Positions 38,304 through 48,853 of a DNA stretch of 64,000 nucleotides are shown here, one piece after another (the first letter of the stretch is position 1; each line of letters begins with the position of its first letter). The DNA lies in the IMG/VR virus record IMGVR_UViG_3300045973_000169, positions 142,639-206,638 of that record; one strand, written 5' to 3'. Position numbers and translations under genes: made by a program. The notes under the pieces are model-generated. The model saw only the letters and a list, made by a program, of their open reading frames with translations. It was not told the origin of the DNA and did no database searches.

Positions 38304-39569
38304 TTAGTTACCACCTAAGTCATTTAACATACTGTCAAGTAATGTACTTCCTGTAATGTCTGTATTATAATTTATATTACTTCCATACTTCCCATTGGAG
38401 TAAGAACTCTCTATTGAGCTAACAGAACTAACAAGAACCGTTTTCTGGTTCCATTTCTCTACTTCATTCATAGGGATAAGGTCCTGTGCAACCCAGTTTA
38501 CCTTATTAATTATATTAGGTTGTTGAGTCCCTTGATATTGGTTTTCATCTATAATAGAAACATTCTTAATCATAAACTTACTGAAGATTCCATTTTCATT
38601 CGTTCCCATGCAAAGAATATGGAACAAAGGTAAGTCATCTAGTAATTGTACTTTATTTGATATAGCAGAATAAGCTTGTTTCTGTTGTAGCCATTCATCA
38701 TAGCGTCTATCTACATCAGCAGAAGCAGCTCTACTTTGAGGCTTATAACTATCAAAGCTAGCTTCTATTTGGCTGACTTCTTCTGATATTCTTCCTCTAA
38801 GATACTGAAGAATATCTTTAGTAAATACTCCAAATGCGATATGTCCAGATATAGTACGAATACCTCTAGTCATAGCTCTAGGGTTAATCTCACCTAATAC
38901 ACGGACTGGATATCTTTCTCTAATAGTAGAATAACTTAAACTTAAAGCATTCTCCATTTCAATAGTTAATATCTCTTTTTTCTGGATTGCCTCTGGAAGT
39001 CCAAGATCTGATGCAGTTGTAACTTCCATTATCATAAATAAAGAAAGGTCAGAACCACCTATTGTTTCATATAGTTCAGTAGTTGCATTCTTGTTTGGGT
39101 TAACTCCAGAGTAAGGATTTATTAAAGGCCCATCAACTGGGATCTTAGTTTTATAAGAATACCCTTCAACAACATTAGGGTCAGATATAGACTTTATTTC
39201 CTGTATAACAGGAATCTGTTCCATATAAGGTTCGCCTAATATTTGAGCTTTCTCTTGTGTTGTTTCATTACCGACTTGAAATGGATACTTTGGGCCATAG
39301 TCAATAACAGTTCCTGTGTCTCCATTAACAAGTAAGCCAGATTGATTTGGATCAATCTTAGGAGCGTTATTTGCAAATGACTGTAGCCCATCTTGCTCTG
39401 TGCCGTCTTGCTTTGATTTAATAAAAGCAGCTACTGCATCTGGGCCCTGTCTATCAGAGACTTGTTTTTCTGTAAGATTGGCTATATAAGAAATTGAAGG
39501 AGATGTATCAGATACTTGATATACGAATTGATATCCAGAGTCTGTTGGAGAAACTATTATTTTACTCAT
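38304..39569 (-). CDS. Tail-tube-like paralogue (probable tube initiator) with N-terminal extension
   Basis: 'GGSDLSLF' and 'RERYPVRVLGEINPRAMTRGIRTISGHIAF' align with tube motifs 'FSGADTVV' and 'RE..PLYVMG..SP....KG.RGIGGSFI'. Confidence 0.65.
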   Translation of the reverse strand: MSKIIVSPTDSGYQFVYQVSDTSPSISYIANLTEKQVSDRQGPDAVAAFIKSKQDGTEQDGLQSFANNAPKIDPNQSGLLVNGDTGTVIDYGPKYPFQVGNETTQEKAQILGEPYMEQIPVIQEIKSISDPNVVEGYSYKTKIPVDGPLINPYSGVNPNKNATTELYETIGGSDLSLFMIMEVTTASDLGLPEAIQKKEILTIEMENALSLSYSTIRERYPVRVLGEINPRAMTRGIRTISGHIAFGVFTKDILQYLRGRISEEVSQIEASFDSYKPQSRAASADVDRRYDEWLQQKQAYSAISNKVQLLDDLPLFHILCMGTNENGIFSKFMIKNVSIIDENQYQGTQQPNIINKVNWVAQDLIPMNEVEKWNQKTVLVSSVSSIESSYSNGKYGSNINYNTDITGSTLLDSMLNDLGGN

Positions 39570-39591
39570 TGATTGTCACCTATACAAAACT

Positions 39592-39623
39592 AAAGCCCAA
39601 GCCACATAATGGCACTGGGCTTT
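39592..39623 (-). terminator. Probable intrinsic terminator after the tail tube gene
   Basis: Minus strand AAAGCCCAGTGCCA-TTATG-TGGCTTGGGCTTT, followed by AGTTTTG. Confidence 0.65.
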
Positions 39624-39658
39624 ATTTGTTAAAGTTGAATTTTTAAATTGAAAGAGAA

Positions 39659-40291
39659 TTAGGCTTCTAGTTTCATCATTCTTGAAGCAGCAGTTGCAAC
39701 ATAAGTATAACGTTTTTCAATGTTAAGCTCATCAATTGAAACTCCGATTCCGTCATTAAGAATCTGAAGACCCATTACTCTCCATGCCATTTTGTCACCT
39801 TGTTCGTTTGTACCAACAACAGTAACATTGAATGGTGGAATTTGGTCAGCATAGAAAGGAGTAGTAGCGGCCCATAAATCTTGCTTTGCTAATAGAGCAG
39901 CTTGTGTAGTTGTGGCGGTTGCACCAGCAGCAGTTGTATTAGGATTGCTATATTCATTTCTTGTACTACCAGTTACTTGCTGAACAATCTCATCTTTACG
40001 AACCCAAATTTGTTGACGTGCTGGATTTGTTTGAATACTAGAAACATACTCAAGCAAAGCATCATATCCTAATTGAGCTAGAATAAATGATCCGCCGATT
40101 CCCCTTTTACCTTTAGGGATTGCGATTGGACTTTTCTTACCCATTACATAAAGTGGGCCAGCTTCTCTATTGATACCAAGAGTGAAAGACATACACTCTC
40201 CGACATATTCGTCACCGAAGATAACTACGGTGTCTGCTCCAGAGAAAACAGTTGAAAGTCCGGTTTTAGAATTATACAGATCTGTTGCCAT
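39659..40291 (-). CDS. Tail tube protein
   Basis: 210 aa directly after the sheath, with a GGAGG RBS. Carries the 'FSGAD...RE..PLYVMG..SP...KGKRGIGGS' motif I associate with jumbo myophage tubes. Confidence 0.85.
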   Translation of the reverse strand: MATDLYNSKTGLSTVFSGADTVVIFGDEYVGECMSFTLGINREAGPLYVMGKKSPIAIPKGKRGIGGSFILAQLGYDALLEYVSSIQTNPARQQIWVRKDEIVQQVTGSTRNEYSNPNTTAAGATATTTQAALLAKQDLWAATTPFYADQIPPFNVTVVGTNEQGDKMAWRVMGLQILNDGIGVSIDELNIEKRYTYVATAASRMMKLEA

Positions 40292-40311
40292 TGTAAAACC
40301 TCCGTGATATT

Positions 40312-40333
40312 AGGGGGTAGTTACCTACCCCCT
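40312..40333. other. Perfect 9-bp GC-rich hairpin between sheath and tube genes
   Basis: agggggtag-ttac-ctaccccct; no U-tract follows on the coding (minus) strand. Confidence 0.7.
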
Positions 40334-40345
40334 TTACCTTACTTT

Positions 40346-42856
40346 TTAGATTGCAGTTCTTTCGATTACAGCATCTATATCAACTTGTGTTAACTCTAGT
40401 GCTGGGTTTAGACTACATGTTAATAAGAACTTACCGATTGCATTTGCAGATTGAACAATCTGAAGATCCCATTTTGCATTTGAAGCTAGGTAACCTTGAG
40501 CAACATCGGTTGTGAATGATTCAGCAAGACGTGTTCTAGCTGCTTCGTAAAGTAAACGTGAAACAGGTTTACCGATAAAGTTAACTAGGATTGAACGCTT
40601 ACCTTCGATGATATACTTAATGGTTCTTGTAGTAGAAATTAAGAAGTATGCAGAGTTGCTTCTTGCTACAGCATTTGCATTATTAATAACCCAACCAAGA
40701 CCTTTTTCTCTAGTGATAACAATAAACTTAGCAGCAGCTAGGTCATTGTATAATGCTCTTGTAACAACAACACTTACAGTAGCATTTGAAGTAGTACCAA
40801 TCTTAGAGAATGATAGCCCTTCATTGTGTGGCTTACCTGCTAACATACCTAATGCATAAATACCACAACTATCAATATAAGCGTTACCTGCACCCTTATT
40901 TGAGAAAGTAATTAGACCAGCTCCAACACAAAGGAACTTACCTAAATCAATTACTTTATTGTATGTATCAATAGCTTCGATACCATCAACAAATCCTTCA
41001 TCTGTCATTAACAGACCAAGTGCTGGATCAGCATATTGGTTAGTAGTTGTATCGGTTAGATAGCAACGATTATAATGAGCAGACCCTGTTAAAGTAGCTT
41101 CACCTAATAGACCAGTTCCACTAGCAGTAACATCAGTGATATTACCATTAACATCAGATTTATATGTAGGCAATGTTCCTGCCCAAGCCTTAATTGCTCC
41201 ACGACTAAAGTTAGCTGCTTTTAAAGCACTAATGTCTACATTCATACCAGCCAGTGGAGTGTTATATCCAACAGCAGCATTATTACAGAAATTAGCAAAC
41301 ATATAACCGAAGTGAGCTAGATAGAATCCAGGTTGTTTTGTATCAGACCATGAGTAAACAAAGTTGTCGCCTGCATCAACTTCTTTAACATAACCAATAC
41401 CAAGTTCACGATTCTCTATTTTATTAAAGATAGCAGTCACAGTTGTAATATTAGCAATTGCAGGAGCAAGAACTTTTTGTAAGCTCGGAGCACTCTGATC
41501 GCCAATAGAAAGGGCTGTAGTCAATAGGATTGTTTTATTAGTTACATCAACTGAACTATAGAAGTAAGTTCCTGTTCCAATTGTTACATATCCAGAAGTA
41601 AGTAGTCCTGTAGTTCCAACTACACCAATTAATTTATTTGCATTTGCTCCAGAAGCAGCAACTGAAGTAATATTAATAACTGGCTTTGCAACTGTTAACC
41701 TATAGTCTACTCCGTAAGGAACTAGATCAGTATAGGTCATGAAGTTGTGGTCAGTCCCATCAAAGATATCAACTGTACCAGTGATAGGCCATGTAGCAGC
41801 AGCATCAACTACGATTGAAGAATCGCCAACCTGTACATTTGCCTTTAGTAAAGTCGATTCAATGTATTGTTTAGCATAGGTATCAGTAGCATTATAATTA
41901 ACACCACCAGCAGCAATATAGTCAGGAGTATACATTTCGATGTCTAGTAATGCATTTCTCATCTTACCGTAAAGTTCACGGTTAGTTAAGTTGAGTTGTG
42001 AATCACCAGCGACTAAAGTAGACCCAACCAGAGTAGCTGTCGAGTTAGTTGAGAAAGAAGTTCCAAGAGGCTCAGTTAATGCAAATGTTCTAGCCGTTAC
42101 ATTAGCTGCCTGATTTGAATAATTAACAAAAGAAACTGTAGTAATTGCTCCAGTAACTTCTGCAACTTTTAACTTTCCTTTTAGTGGAAATGAAGCAATT
42201 GAATCAACAACTGCAAGGACAGTATCATTACCAGCCACAGGAGCTGCTAACTCAAGACCTACCCCAATTACATCCTGTAGAACAATCTCACCCATGCTAA
42301 TAGGATTAGCAAGAGGATCATTATCAATATCAACACCATAAAGAGAAAGCTCATCGCCATCGCCAGCAGGAGTTGAATTAACAATAAAGTAACCAGCGTC
42401 TAATCCAGTAAATGAACTATAAACAAGTCTTTTATTCTTATCCCAAATCTTTACACCAGCACGATTAATTCCAGTATCTGCTGGTTGGTTATTTGCATAA
42501 ATAAAGAAATCATTTTCAATCCCATCATATGCATCAATAGTTTCAAGTGAAAGTCCATAAGAAGTAATAAGTGAGGCTGGTACGCCACCTACTCTTAGAG
42601 TAACGAACTTAACGGTATTTTTCTTTCCTGCATCCATATATCCATCATAGAATTCAAATACGGATTTCATTAAAGGATTATCAGTACCATAAATAGCAGT
42701 AGCACCATCAACTGTATTTAACTGGACTGGAATCCTAGGCCCTTTGGTAGCTTGTCCAAGGAAGACAGCAAGCTCACCATCAGATGATCTGGTAGTAATG
42801 TCGTCTCCAAGGAAGACCGATACCCCAGATAGGTATCTAGGCGCAACTTTAAACAT
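40346..42856 (-). CDS. Contractile tail sheath protein (836 aa)
   Basis: N-terminal 'AVFLGQATKGPRIPV...YG..NPL', C-terminal 'ISTTRTIKYII...FIGKP...A.L...L...V..GYL...L.P.LEL..V'; precedes the tube gene. Confidence 0.9.
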   Translation of the reverse strand: MFKVAPRYLSGVSVFLGDDITTRSSDGELAVFLGQATKGPRIPVQLNTVDGATAIYGTDNPLMKSVFEFYDGYMDAGKKNTVKFVTLRVGGVPASLITSYGLSLETIDAYDGIENDFFIYANNQPADTGINRAGVKIWDKNKRLVYSSFTGLDAGYFIVNSTPAGDGDELSLYGVDIDNDPLANPISMGEIVLQDVIGVGLELAAPVAGNDTVLAVVDSIASFPLKGKLKVAEVTGAITTVSFVNYSNQAANVTARTFALTEPLGTSFSTNSTATLVGSTLVAGDSQLNLTNRELYGKMRNALLDIEMYTPDYIAAGGVNYNATDTYAKQYIESTLLKANVQVGDSSIVVDAAATWPITGTVDIFDGTDHNFMTYTDLVPYGVDYRLTVAKPVINITSVAASGANANKLIGVVGTTGLLTSGYVTIGTGTYFYSSVDVTNKTILLTTALSIGDQSAPSLQKVLAPAIANITTVTAIFNKIENRELGIGYVKEVDAGDNFVYSWSDTKQPGFYLAHFGYMFANFCNNAAVGYNTPLAGMNVDISALKAANFSRGAIKAWAGTLPTYKSDVNGNITDVTASGTGLLGEATLTGSAHYNRCYLTDTTTNQYADPALGLLMTDEGFVDGIEAIDTYNKVIDLGKFLCVGAGLITFSNKGAGNAYIDSCGIYALGMLAGKPHNEGLSFSKIGTTSNATVSVVVTRALYNDLAAAKFIVITREKGLGWVINNANAVARSNSAYFLISTTRTIKYIIEGKRSILVNFIGKPVSRLLYEAARTRLAESFTTDVAQGYLASNAKWDLQIVQSANAIGKFLLTCSLNPALELTQVDIDAVIERTAI

Positions 42857-42883
42857 AATGAGTTTCCTCCATAATTATAACCT

Positions 42884-43615
42884 TTAGCTTTCTAAGCCAT
42901 ATTGTACTACAATTTGTTCTAAATTCTTTTCTCTAAAATCTCTTACCTCAGAGAATCGAATTTGGTAATCTTGAGTTTTGAATTTTCGTACACTTGTTTC
43001 ACGATACATTATATCTTCATAACTCCCTGTCCAGATTATATCTCTTAGTCCTTTATGTTTAAAATACCATATGTTAGTATCTATGATCTCTTTTAGCATG
43101 TTAGCCCTTGGACGTATATCTTGAAAGAATTTTCCCCACACTTTGAACTTTATGTTTGCTTCTACGTCCCTGGTATATCTGATAATAGAATAACCCGTAT
43201 ACTCTGGGTCATCATATGTTCCTGCATATTTCCATTTTAAATTTTTGAATCTACTTTCATTAATCTGATGTTGCCCTAAATTCCCATGGGTTTCACTAAC
43301 TGTATAGGTAGCTATTCTCATATCTGGCAAGTAGTTATTTATGTATAACTGTATATTTTCATCATACAAATTATTATTCAGTGTTGGGATTTCGCTTGCT
43401 TCTATTTCTTCTGAAAAGATAATTTGTTTATTCTGAGGGATTTGAAATACTTTATTGTATGTATCATTTGCTTCTATTACTAATGTCATAAATCCATCAA
43501 CTGTTTTGATTATACCCTCATTCAAAGCAGGTTCAGCTATTCGAACAGGCATATTAAGTGGCCCGTCTAGCAGTTCAAAAAAAACTTTTTTTGCGAATGA
43601 TTTTGTCTCTGACAT
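42884..43615 (-). CDS. Putative tail terminator / completion protein
   Basis: Position directly before the sheath, size 243 aa, 'IKFKVWG' strand pattern; mainly synteny. Confidence 0.5.
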   Translation of the reverse strand: MSETKSFAKKVFFELLDGPLNMPVRIAEPALNEGIIKTVDGFMTLVIEANDTYNKVFQIPQNKQIIFSEEIEASEIPTLNNNLYDENIQLYINNYLPDMRIATYTVSETHGNLGQHQINESRFKNLKWKYAGTYDDPEYTGYSIIRYTRDVEANIKFKVWGKFFQDIRPRANMLKEIIDTNIWYFKHKGLRDIIWTGSYEDIMYRETSVRKFKTQDYQIRFSEVRDFREKNLEQIVVQYGLES

Positions 43616-43650
43616 TATCTAACCTTAGTCTATTTTATTGTTATTAACCG

Positions 43651-44088
43651 CTATCTTGTGGAAGGTTGTTTTATAGCTTCTATTTTCATAAAATGAGGAA
43701 TATGATCCATGGATTGTGGTGGAGTAACTCTTTCTACAATCCATCTATTTCTCTTTAATATATTATCTCCAAGCTTTGGTTCTTTCAGAAACCCACCATG
43801 TTCATCTACCCAAATCTCAAATAACAAATCACCTTTTCTTATATAGTAAGTATCTGAATCAATTGAGCAATAGAATTTCATAACATCATTATCGAACTTA
43901 AATGTCTTCCCTTTCTTAATCCATTCTTGGAAGACAAATCCTCCACCTAAACAATTAGGACAGTTAGGGTCTGGAGTGGCTGTTTCTTTTCTCCAGCAGT
44001 GACAATGAGTAGTTGTATTATGTCTGATTAGCATAATGTCATGGTCTTTGCCAATAAACTTATTGAATTCTTTAGTAAGATCAATCAT
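43651..44088 (-). CDS. Putative head-closure / neck protein with CxC...CxxC motif
   Basis: 'HCHCW......DPNCPNCLGGGF' in a 145-aa protein at the neck position. Confidence 0.6.
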   Translation of the reverse strand: MIDLTKEFNKFIGKDHDIMLIRHNTTTHCHCWRKETATPDPNCPNCLGGGFVFQEWIKKGKTFKFDNDVMKFYCSIDSDTYYIRKGDLLFEIWVDEHGGFLKEPKLGDNILKRNRWIVERVTPPQSMDHIPHFMKIEAIKQPSTR

Positions 44089-45497
44089 TAGTACATTGTC
44101 TCCTGTTGTTCAGTCCAAGCTCCAATTGAAGGGAATGTTGCATGTGAGTTAAGATCAGCTCCACTACTTCCGAAGTTACTTGAGTAGTATCCTAATCTCC
44201 ATCTATAAGCAATAGTACGTGTTCCTTTAATCTCTATCTGTCTTCCTTCTTCATCAGTCATAACTCTATTATAACTGGACTCATTAACCCAAGGATAGTA
44301 ATCAGATACATCTAAGTTAGATCTACTTGTCTGAGGTCTATTAGGATCATAGATACCCTTAACAAATGTCTTAGATACATAAGGAGTATCTAGACCACCA
44401 GCTAATATAATAAGTTCATAGAACTTTAAGTTTTCATTAATATATCTATGGATACCAGAATTTAGATCCCTATCATATTGTTTATAGATCTTAAATCCTT
44501 CAAGGTCTTTACTCTCTGCACTAACATCTAATGGACCAGATGATAAGAACATATAAGCAGTCGTATATGCTACCCAGTTCTTAACTGCATTCCAGTATCT
44601 CTCTGGAGATGCTAATTTATTAGGTCGTAAATGTCTATCAACATTAGTTGAGAAGTCTACTATATTGTCTGCAATAACGAATGGATCAATAGTAGATAAA
44701 TATTCAGGATGGATATCAATGACATCAGCAAGACCACAATAGAATGGACTTAACTCTGATGTAAAACTAAATGTAGTACTAGGAGATACACTTCCATTTG
44801 TAGCTTCAACCCCATCTAGTGTAATCTCATACCTACAATTTAACTTTACTACATCTTCTAGTTTTCTATTAACCGAAAAACCAAACTGCATTAAACCATC
44901 AGGAAATACCCAATTATCAGTTAATGTATATAAAGATAAGTCAGGTGATGCATCGGTAACACCAACTACATTATATAATTTATGTAAAGAGAATGGTACT
45001 TTCCATTCGGTTATATAAATATCATTTACTAGATCAGCTTCTAATGTTGCTATTAGATTCCCAAATATATCTTTTATTTCTACAGGGATAGTTAATCCAA
45101 GTGCTAGTATGTCAGTTGAATCTACACGTAGAGCTAAATCTATTGTGTCTCCAATATCATAAACTGCTACTGTATTTATAATAGATCCTTCATCTAACTT
45201 TTGTCCATAGAATGAAGTCTTCGTTATCGCTGGTTGTCTAGGAGTTAGTATAAATCCAAATGGGTTAATAGTCCCATCAGCACTTTCAGTAACGATTTTA
45301 TGATACTTAGTTGGATCAGCTAATATAGATGCCCAAGTATATTTCCCTGCTAAGTCTACATATAGAGCAGATAGTAATGTAGTATCAACAGGTACAGCAT
45401 CCCATATTTTACCATCTACTGATTGATACCAGAGAACCATAAAGACTGGTTGCATATCAACCTGTGATGGTATTGAAAATAAAATTGTTTCACCCAT
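44088..45497 (-). CDS. Putative head-tail adaptor with N-terminal Ig-like extensions (469 aa)
   Basis: C-terminal adaptor-like region 'PFYCGLADV...SKDLEGFKI'; position before the closure protein. Confidence 0.5.
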   Translation of the reverse strand: MGETILFSIPSQVDMQPVFMVLWYQSVDGKIWDAVPVDTTLLSALYVDLAGKYTWASILADPTKYHKIVTESADGTINPFGFILTPRQPAITKTSFYGQKLDEGSIINTVAVYDIGDTIDLALRVDSTDILALGLTIPVEIKDIFGNLIATLEADLVNDIYITEWKVPFSLHKLYNVVGVTDASPDLSLYTLTDNWVFPDGLMQFGFSVNRKLEDVVKLNCRYEITLDGVEATNGSVSPSTTFSFTSELSPFYCGLADVIDIHPEYLSTIDPFVIADNIVDFSTNVDRHLRPNKLASPERYWNAVKNWVAYTTAYMFLSSGPLDVSAESKDLEGFKIYKQYDRDLNSGIHRYINENLKFYELIILAGGLDTPYVSKTFVKGIYDPNRPQTSRSNLDVSDYYPWVNESSYNRVMTDEEGRQIEIKGTRTIAYRWRLGYYSSNFGSSGADLNSHATFPSIGAWTEQQETMY

Positions 45498-45509
45498 TAA
45501 TTTACTCCA

Positions 45510-47378
45510 TTATTCATATGATGCATTTATTGTTAGAGGATATTTGGTCCTATTGTTAATAAGTGGACTTGCCAGTTCAACTTTATCTATTTGAATACTT
45601 TGTTCTTTATTTTCACTCTTTAATGATACTTCTGATATTGTAACCATTAAAGTTTCAGTATTATTAGGAGTCACGAGACAGTTATTTATTAAACCTTGAG
45701 TTATTATTGACTCATTAAAATAATCAATAATTGCTATATCATTTGGATAAGGACTAAATTTAATTTCTTCTATTATGAATGGGAAGCTAACTGAAGCTCC
45801 ACCACAAACTGATCCACCAGACCCAATCAATATAAAATTGATTAACTCTACCCAAGATGGATTGCTTTCACCATTTACAACTGCTCCACCATCTGGATAA
45901 AAATCGGAGTTGAATGTAAAATCAGCATCACCATTTATTATAGCTCCATCTTCTGAAGAAACTATAAATAATGCAAGTGGAGTTATCTCTGATATACCAG
46001 AAATAATAGCTCCACCTAAAGTATCATTAACCGATTCAAAGCTAAACTGAGTTTCAGAACTTACTACTGATCCACCAACTGCTGACACTATAAAACTATT
46101 TAGAAAGTCCGCACTGCCAGAAACTATTGTCCCACCAGAAGCTGATATACTAAAAGTAGCATTTGGGATTATAGTTGCTGTACCACCAGTTATCGATCCA
46201 CCAATAAATAATGGATTAAACTCAGCCTTAATAGATCCATTACTTCCTACTGTAGATCCACCAGATACAGCAACTGTAAACATTTGAATCCCTGACATTG
46301 CAATAGTTGCATTGCCTGAAATTACAACTCCACCATTCGCAATGATTGATAGGTTCTTGTTAACAGATATTGTAGAACTACCAGATACTACGGCACCACC
46401 AATTGAGACCTCAGAGAAACCTTCAAGTTCTAATGAATCACCAGAGGCAACACATCCACCAGCTCCGACTAAGTTAAAATTCTTAGTAAAATTAACATTA
46501 GTTATACCACCAGTAATACTTCCACCTGAAGGTGTTACTGTAAAGTTATTTATTTTGGTAATTGATGCAGTTGCACCAATGACTGCTCCACCAGTTTGGA
46601 TTAAGGAAGTATTAAAGTTAGGGATTATATCATAAGAACTATTTGAGGAAATAGCTCCACCTACTGATATAACATTCTTTCCTGATATGATAGGAGAAGA
46701 TCCACCTAGTATTGCTCCATTTGCTGGAGTAATAGAAAGTGTCTTAGTAAAAGATATATCAGCAGAGCCACTACTTATAGCTCCAGATGTTGGAGTTACA
46801 TTCAGATTATGTGCAAAACTGATAGTAGGTGAACCACTAGATACAGATCCACCAGAAGATACAAGAGTTGTATTAAAGTTTGCTGCTAGAGTAGATAGAC
46901 CTCCAGTTAAGCATCCTCCGGTCCCAGTAATTGGGAATGTATAAGTATAAGCAAAAGTAGAGGTTCCGCTAGCAACTGCTCCTCTATCAGGTAAGAATAT
47001 AAAGTTAAGTGGAATTAAGATTGCTGCTTGACCACCTACTAAAGCTCCACCAGATGCTGTGAATGAGAAGTTTTGGTTAAACGTTATTGTAGCATTCCCA
47101 CCAATAGTTGTCCCACCAGTTGGAATTATTGTTGAATTATAATTTGGAGTAAAAGATGCACTGCCACTACAAACACTACCATTCGTAGAAGAAATTGATA
47201 TAGTTGAAGTCTGAGCAATAGTAGAGTTCCCACCAACGATAGAGCCACTATCCCCTATTATTGAGAACGTAGCATTACCAGTAATAATGGCGGACCCACC
47301 AAAGACAGATCCGCCATTTCCGTTGACAGTTAAATTACTACTAGTTGCTTGATTGGTTAATGCAAGCAGTAGTGACAT
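45510..47378 (-). CDS. Repeat protein with ~24 tandem 20-24 aa 'xxGG-x-(V/I)-x-G' units (622 aa)
   Basis: Counted by eye, e.g. PTGGTTIGGNATITFNQNFSFT / ASGGALVGGQAAILIPLNFIFL / SSGGSVSSGSPTISFAHNLNVT. Confidence 0.75.
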   Translation of the reverse strand: MSLLLALTNQATSSNLTVNGNGGSVFGGSAIITGNATFSIIGDSGSIVGGNSTIAQTSTISISSTNGSVCSGSASFTPNYNSTIIPTGGTTIGGNATITFNQNFSFTASGGALVGGQAAILIPLNFIFLPDRGAVASGTSTFAYTYTFPITGTGGCLTGGLSTLAANFNTTLVSSGGSVSSGSPTISFAHNLNVTPTSGAISSGSADISFTKTLSITPANGAILGGSSPIISGKNVISVGGAISSNSSYDIIPNFNTSLIQTGGAVIGATASITKINNFTVTPSGGSITGGITNVNFTKNFNLVGAGGCVASGDSLELEGFSEVSIGGAVVSGSSTISVNKNLSIIANGGVVISGNATIAMSGIQMFTVAVSGGSTVGSNGSIKAEFNPLFIGGSITGGTATIIPNATFSISASGGTIVSGSADFLNSFIVSAVGGSVVSSETQFSFESVNDTLGGAIISGISEITPLALFIVSSEDGAIINGDADFTFNSDFYPDGGAVVNGESNPSWVELINFILIGSGGSVCGGASVSFPFIIEEIKFSPYPNDIAIIDYFNESIITQGLINNCLVTPNNTETLMVTISEVSLKSENKEQSIQIDKVELASPLINNRTKYPLTINASYE

Positions 47379-47383
47379 TTATC

Positions 47384-48841
47384 TTATACCCACTTACCAT
47401 CGAAAGTAACTATATAAGTAATGAGTCCAGTTGTACCAGAAAAGATAGTACCGGCTAAAAATTTAGCTACTATTGCAATATATTCTCCAGGCATTACTGC
47501 AATTGGTACAGTGAAAGGCATATAGATAGTAGGGTTAGTTGCTCCAATAGCAGCAGTAGCAGCAAATGTATCCAGACCTAATGCTATACGTCTTGGAGCC
47601 TTAGTTGGTGTATTAATATTTTCAGTTGTTGCTAATGATAAAGCACTATGACCATATGCTAATGAATAAGCAATTACTCCTGGTCCGCCTGTTAAAGCTG
47701 CAGTAACCATTCCTTGTATTTTAACCCCAGATATTAATAAAACTTTCGCTGGGACTGTAGCCGTTGGTGTGGTATTTACGAATGAACATAAAATACCATC
47801 TGTCCCAGCGGCTAAAGTTGGCTGAATAGTAAACTGTCCACCTAAACCAGTATAAACTGAAGTTGTGTTTGTTAATACTGCTCCTGCCCCCAATACCATA
47901 CTGTTTGAAAAATAAGCTGTAGAACCTGTTGCCTGCCCAGTTTGTCCTTGAGTTAAACTTTTCCCTGCAATAGATGCTAACTCGTTTTGAGATAATCCTA
48001 ATCCAATAGAATCTTGACATCCGATACAAACATATCCTACTTTAATTATATTAGCTAATGAAGGGACTCCGTTATTATATGTTCTAATAGAGAATGGTTG
48101 TGTTCCAGCATTCATCGGCATACCAGCATCACCTGCTGAACTTATAGTAGCTACACATATCCCATTAATATAGTATAATACTCTATCATTTTCGCAAATA
48201 ATTTTATACTTATGCATTACTCCAGGAGCAGGTATAGTATAAGCTTGACCAGTCACATAGTGGGTAGGGGAAATAGTCATTGACTGTTCAGTCCCCTGAT
48301 TTGATAAAACTGCCTGTAGTGTTCCACCAGAAGTTGAATATCTAAAGAATGCCCCATCAGTTGGAGCAGTAGTTGAAATGCACTGGAAAAATCCAGCCTC
48401 TGTTACACAGTTAGCTTGATGTGTTTGTGTGTGTAACATTTCCCAAACAGCAAATGTTGATAAGTCACATAGGAAAGGGAAGAAAGCAACGGTAGTCATC
48501 CTAGCAACGTTAGTAGAAGCTGTAGCTAAACCAGCATTTAAGTTAATTGTATTTGTCCCTGCAACTATCGTCATAGTTCCTGTAGGCAATACCCAATCAT
48601 TTGAAAATGGTAATGATCCACTAAAAATTGAGTTTAAAAGAATAATAGGCGACCCTACTCCTAATCTTCCTTGAGCAGAGGTTCTAATATCATTAACTAT
48701 TCTTCCTACTGGATCTGTTGGTTCTGCTAATTCCCCAGACAGCATAGCATACCCAGCCTGAGTAGATACTGTTGGTAAATTAGTTTTTATATTATTATAA
48801 GTATCAAGATTAGTTCCTGTTACTAGTACGTCCATTGCCAT
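47384..48841 (-). CDS. Hypothetical virion protein with concanavalin A-like (lectin) domain (485 aa)
   Basis: 'DGAFFRY...MHKYKIICENDRVLYYINGICVATI' matches the H.Y.I......V.fyiDG pattern of ConA-like beta-sandwiches. Confidence 0.55.
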   Translation of the reverse strand: MAMDVLVTGTNLDTYNNIKTNLPTVSTQAGYAMLSGELAEPTDPVGRIVNDIRTSAQGRLGVGSPIILLNSIFSGSLPFSNDWVLPTGTMTIVAGTNTINLNAGLATASTNVARMTTVAFFPFLCDLSTFAVWEMLHTQTHQANCVTEAGFFQCISTTAPTDGAFFRYSTSGGTLQAVLSNQGTEQSMTISPTHYVTGQAYTIPAPGVMHKYKIICENDRVLYYINGICVATISSAGDAGMPMNAGTQPFSIRTYNNGVPSLANIIKVGYVCIGCQDSIGLGLSQNELASIAGKSLTQGQTGQATGSTAYFSNSMVLGAGAVLTNTTSVYTGLGGQFTIQPTLAAGTDGILCSFVNTTPTATVPAKVLLISGVKIQGMVTAALTGGPGVIAYSLAYGHSALSLATTENINTPTKAPRRIALGLDTFAATAAIGATNPTIYMPFTVPIAVMPGEYIAIVAKFLAGTIFSGTTGLITYIVTFDGKWV

Positions 48842-48853
48842 AAAAATCTCCCT

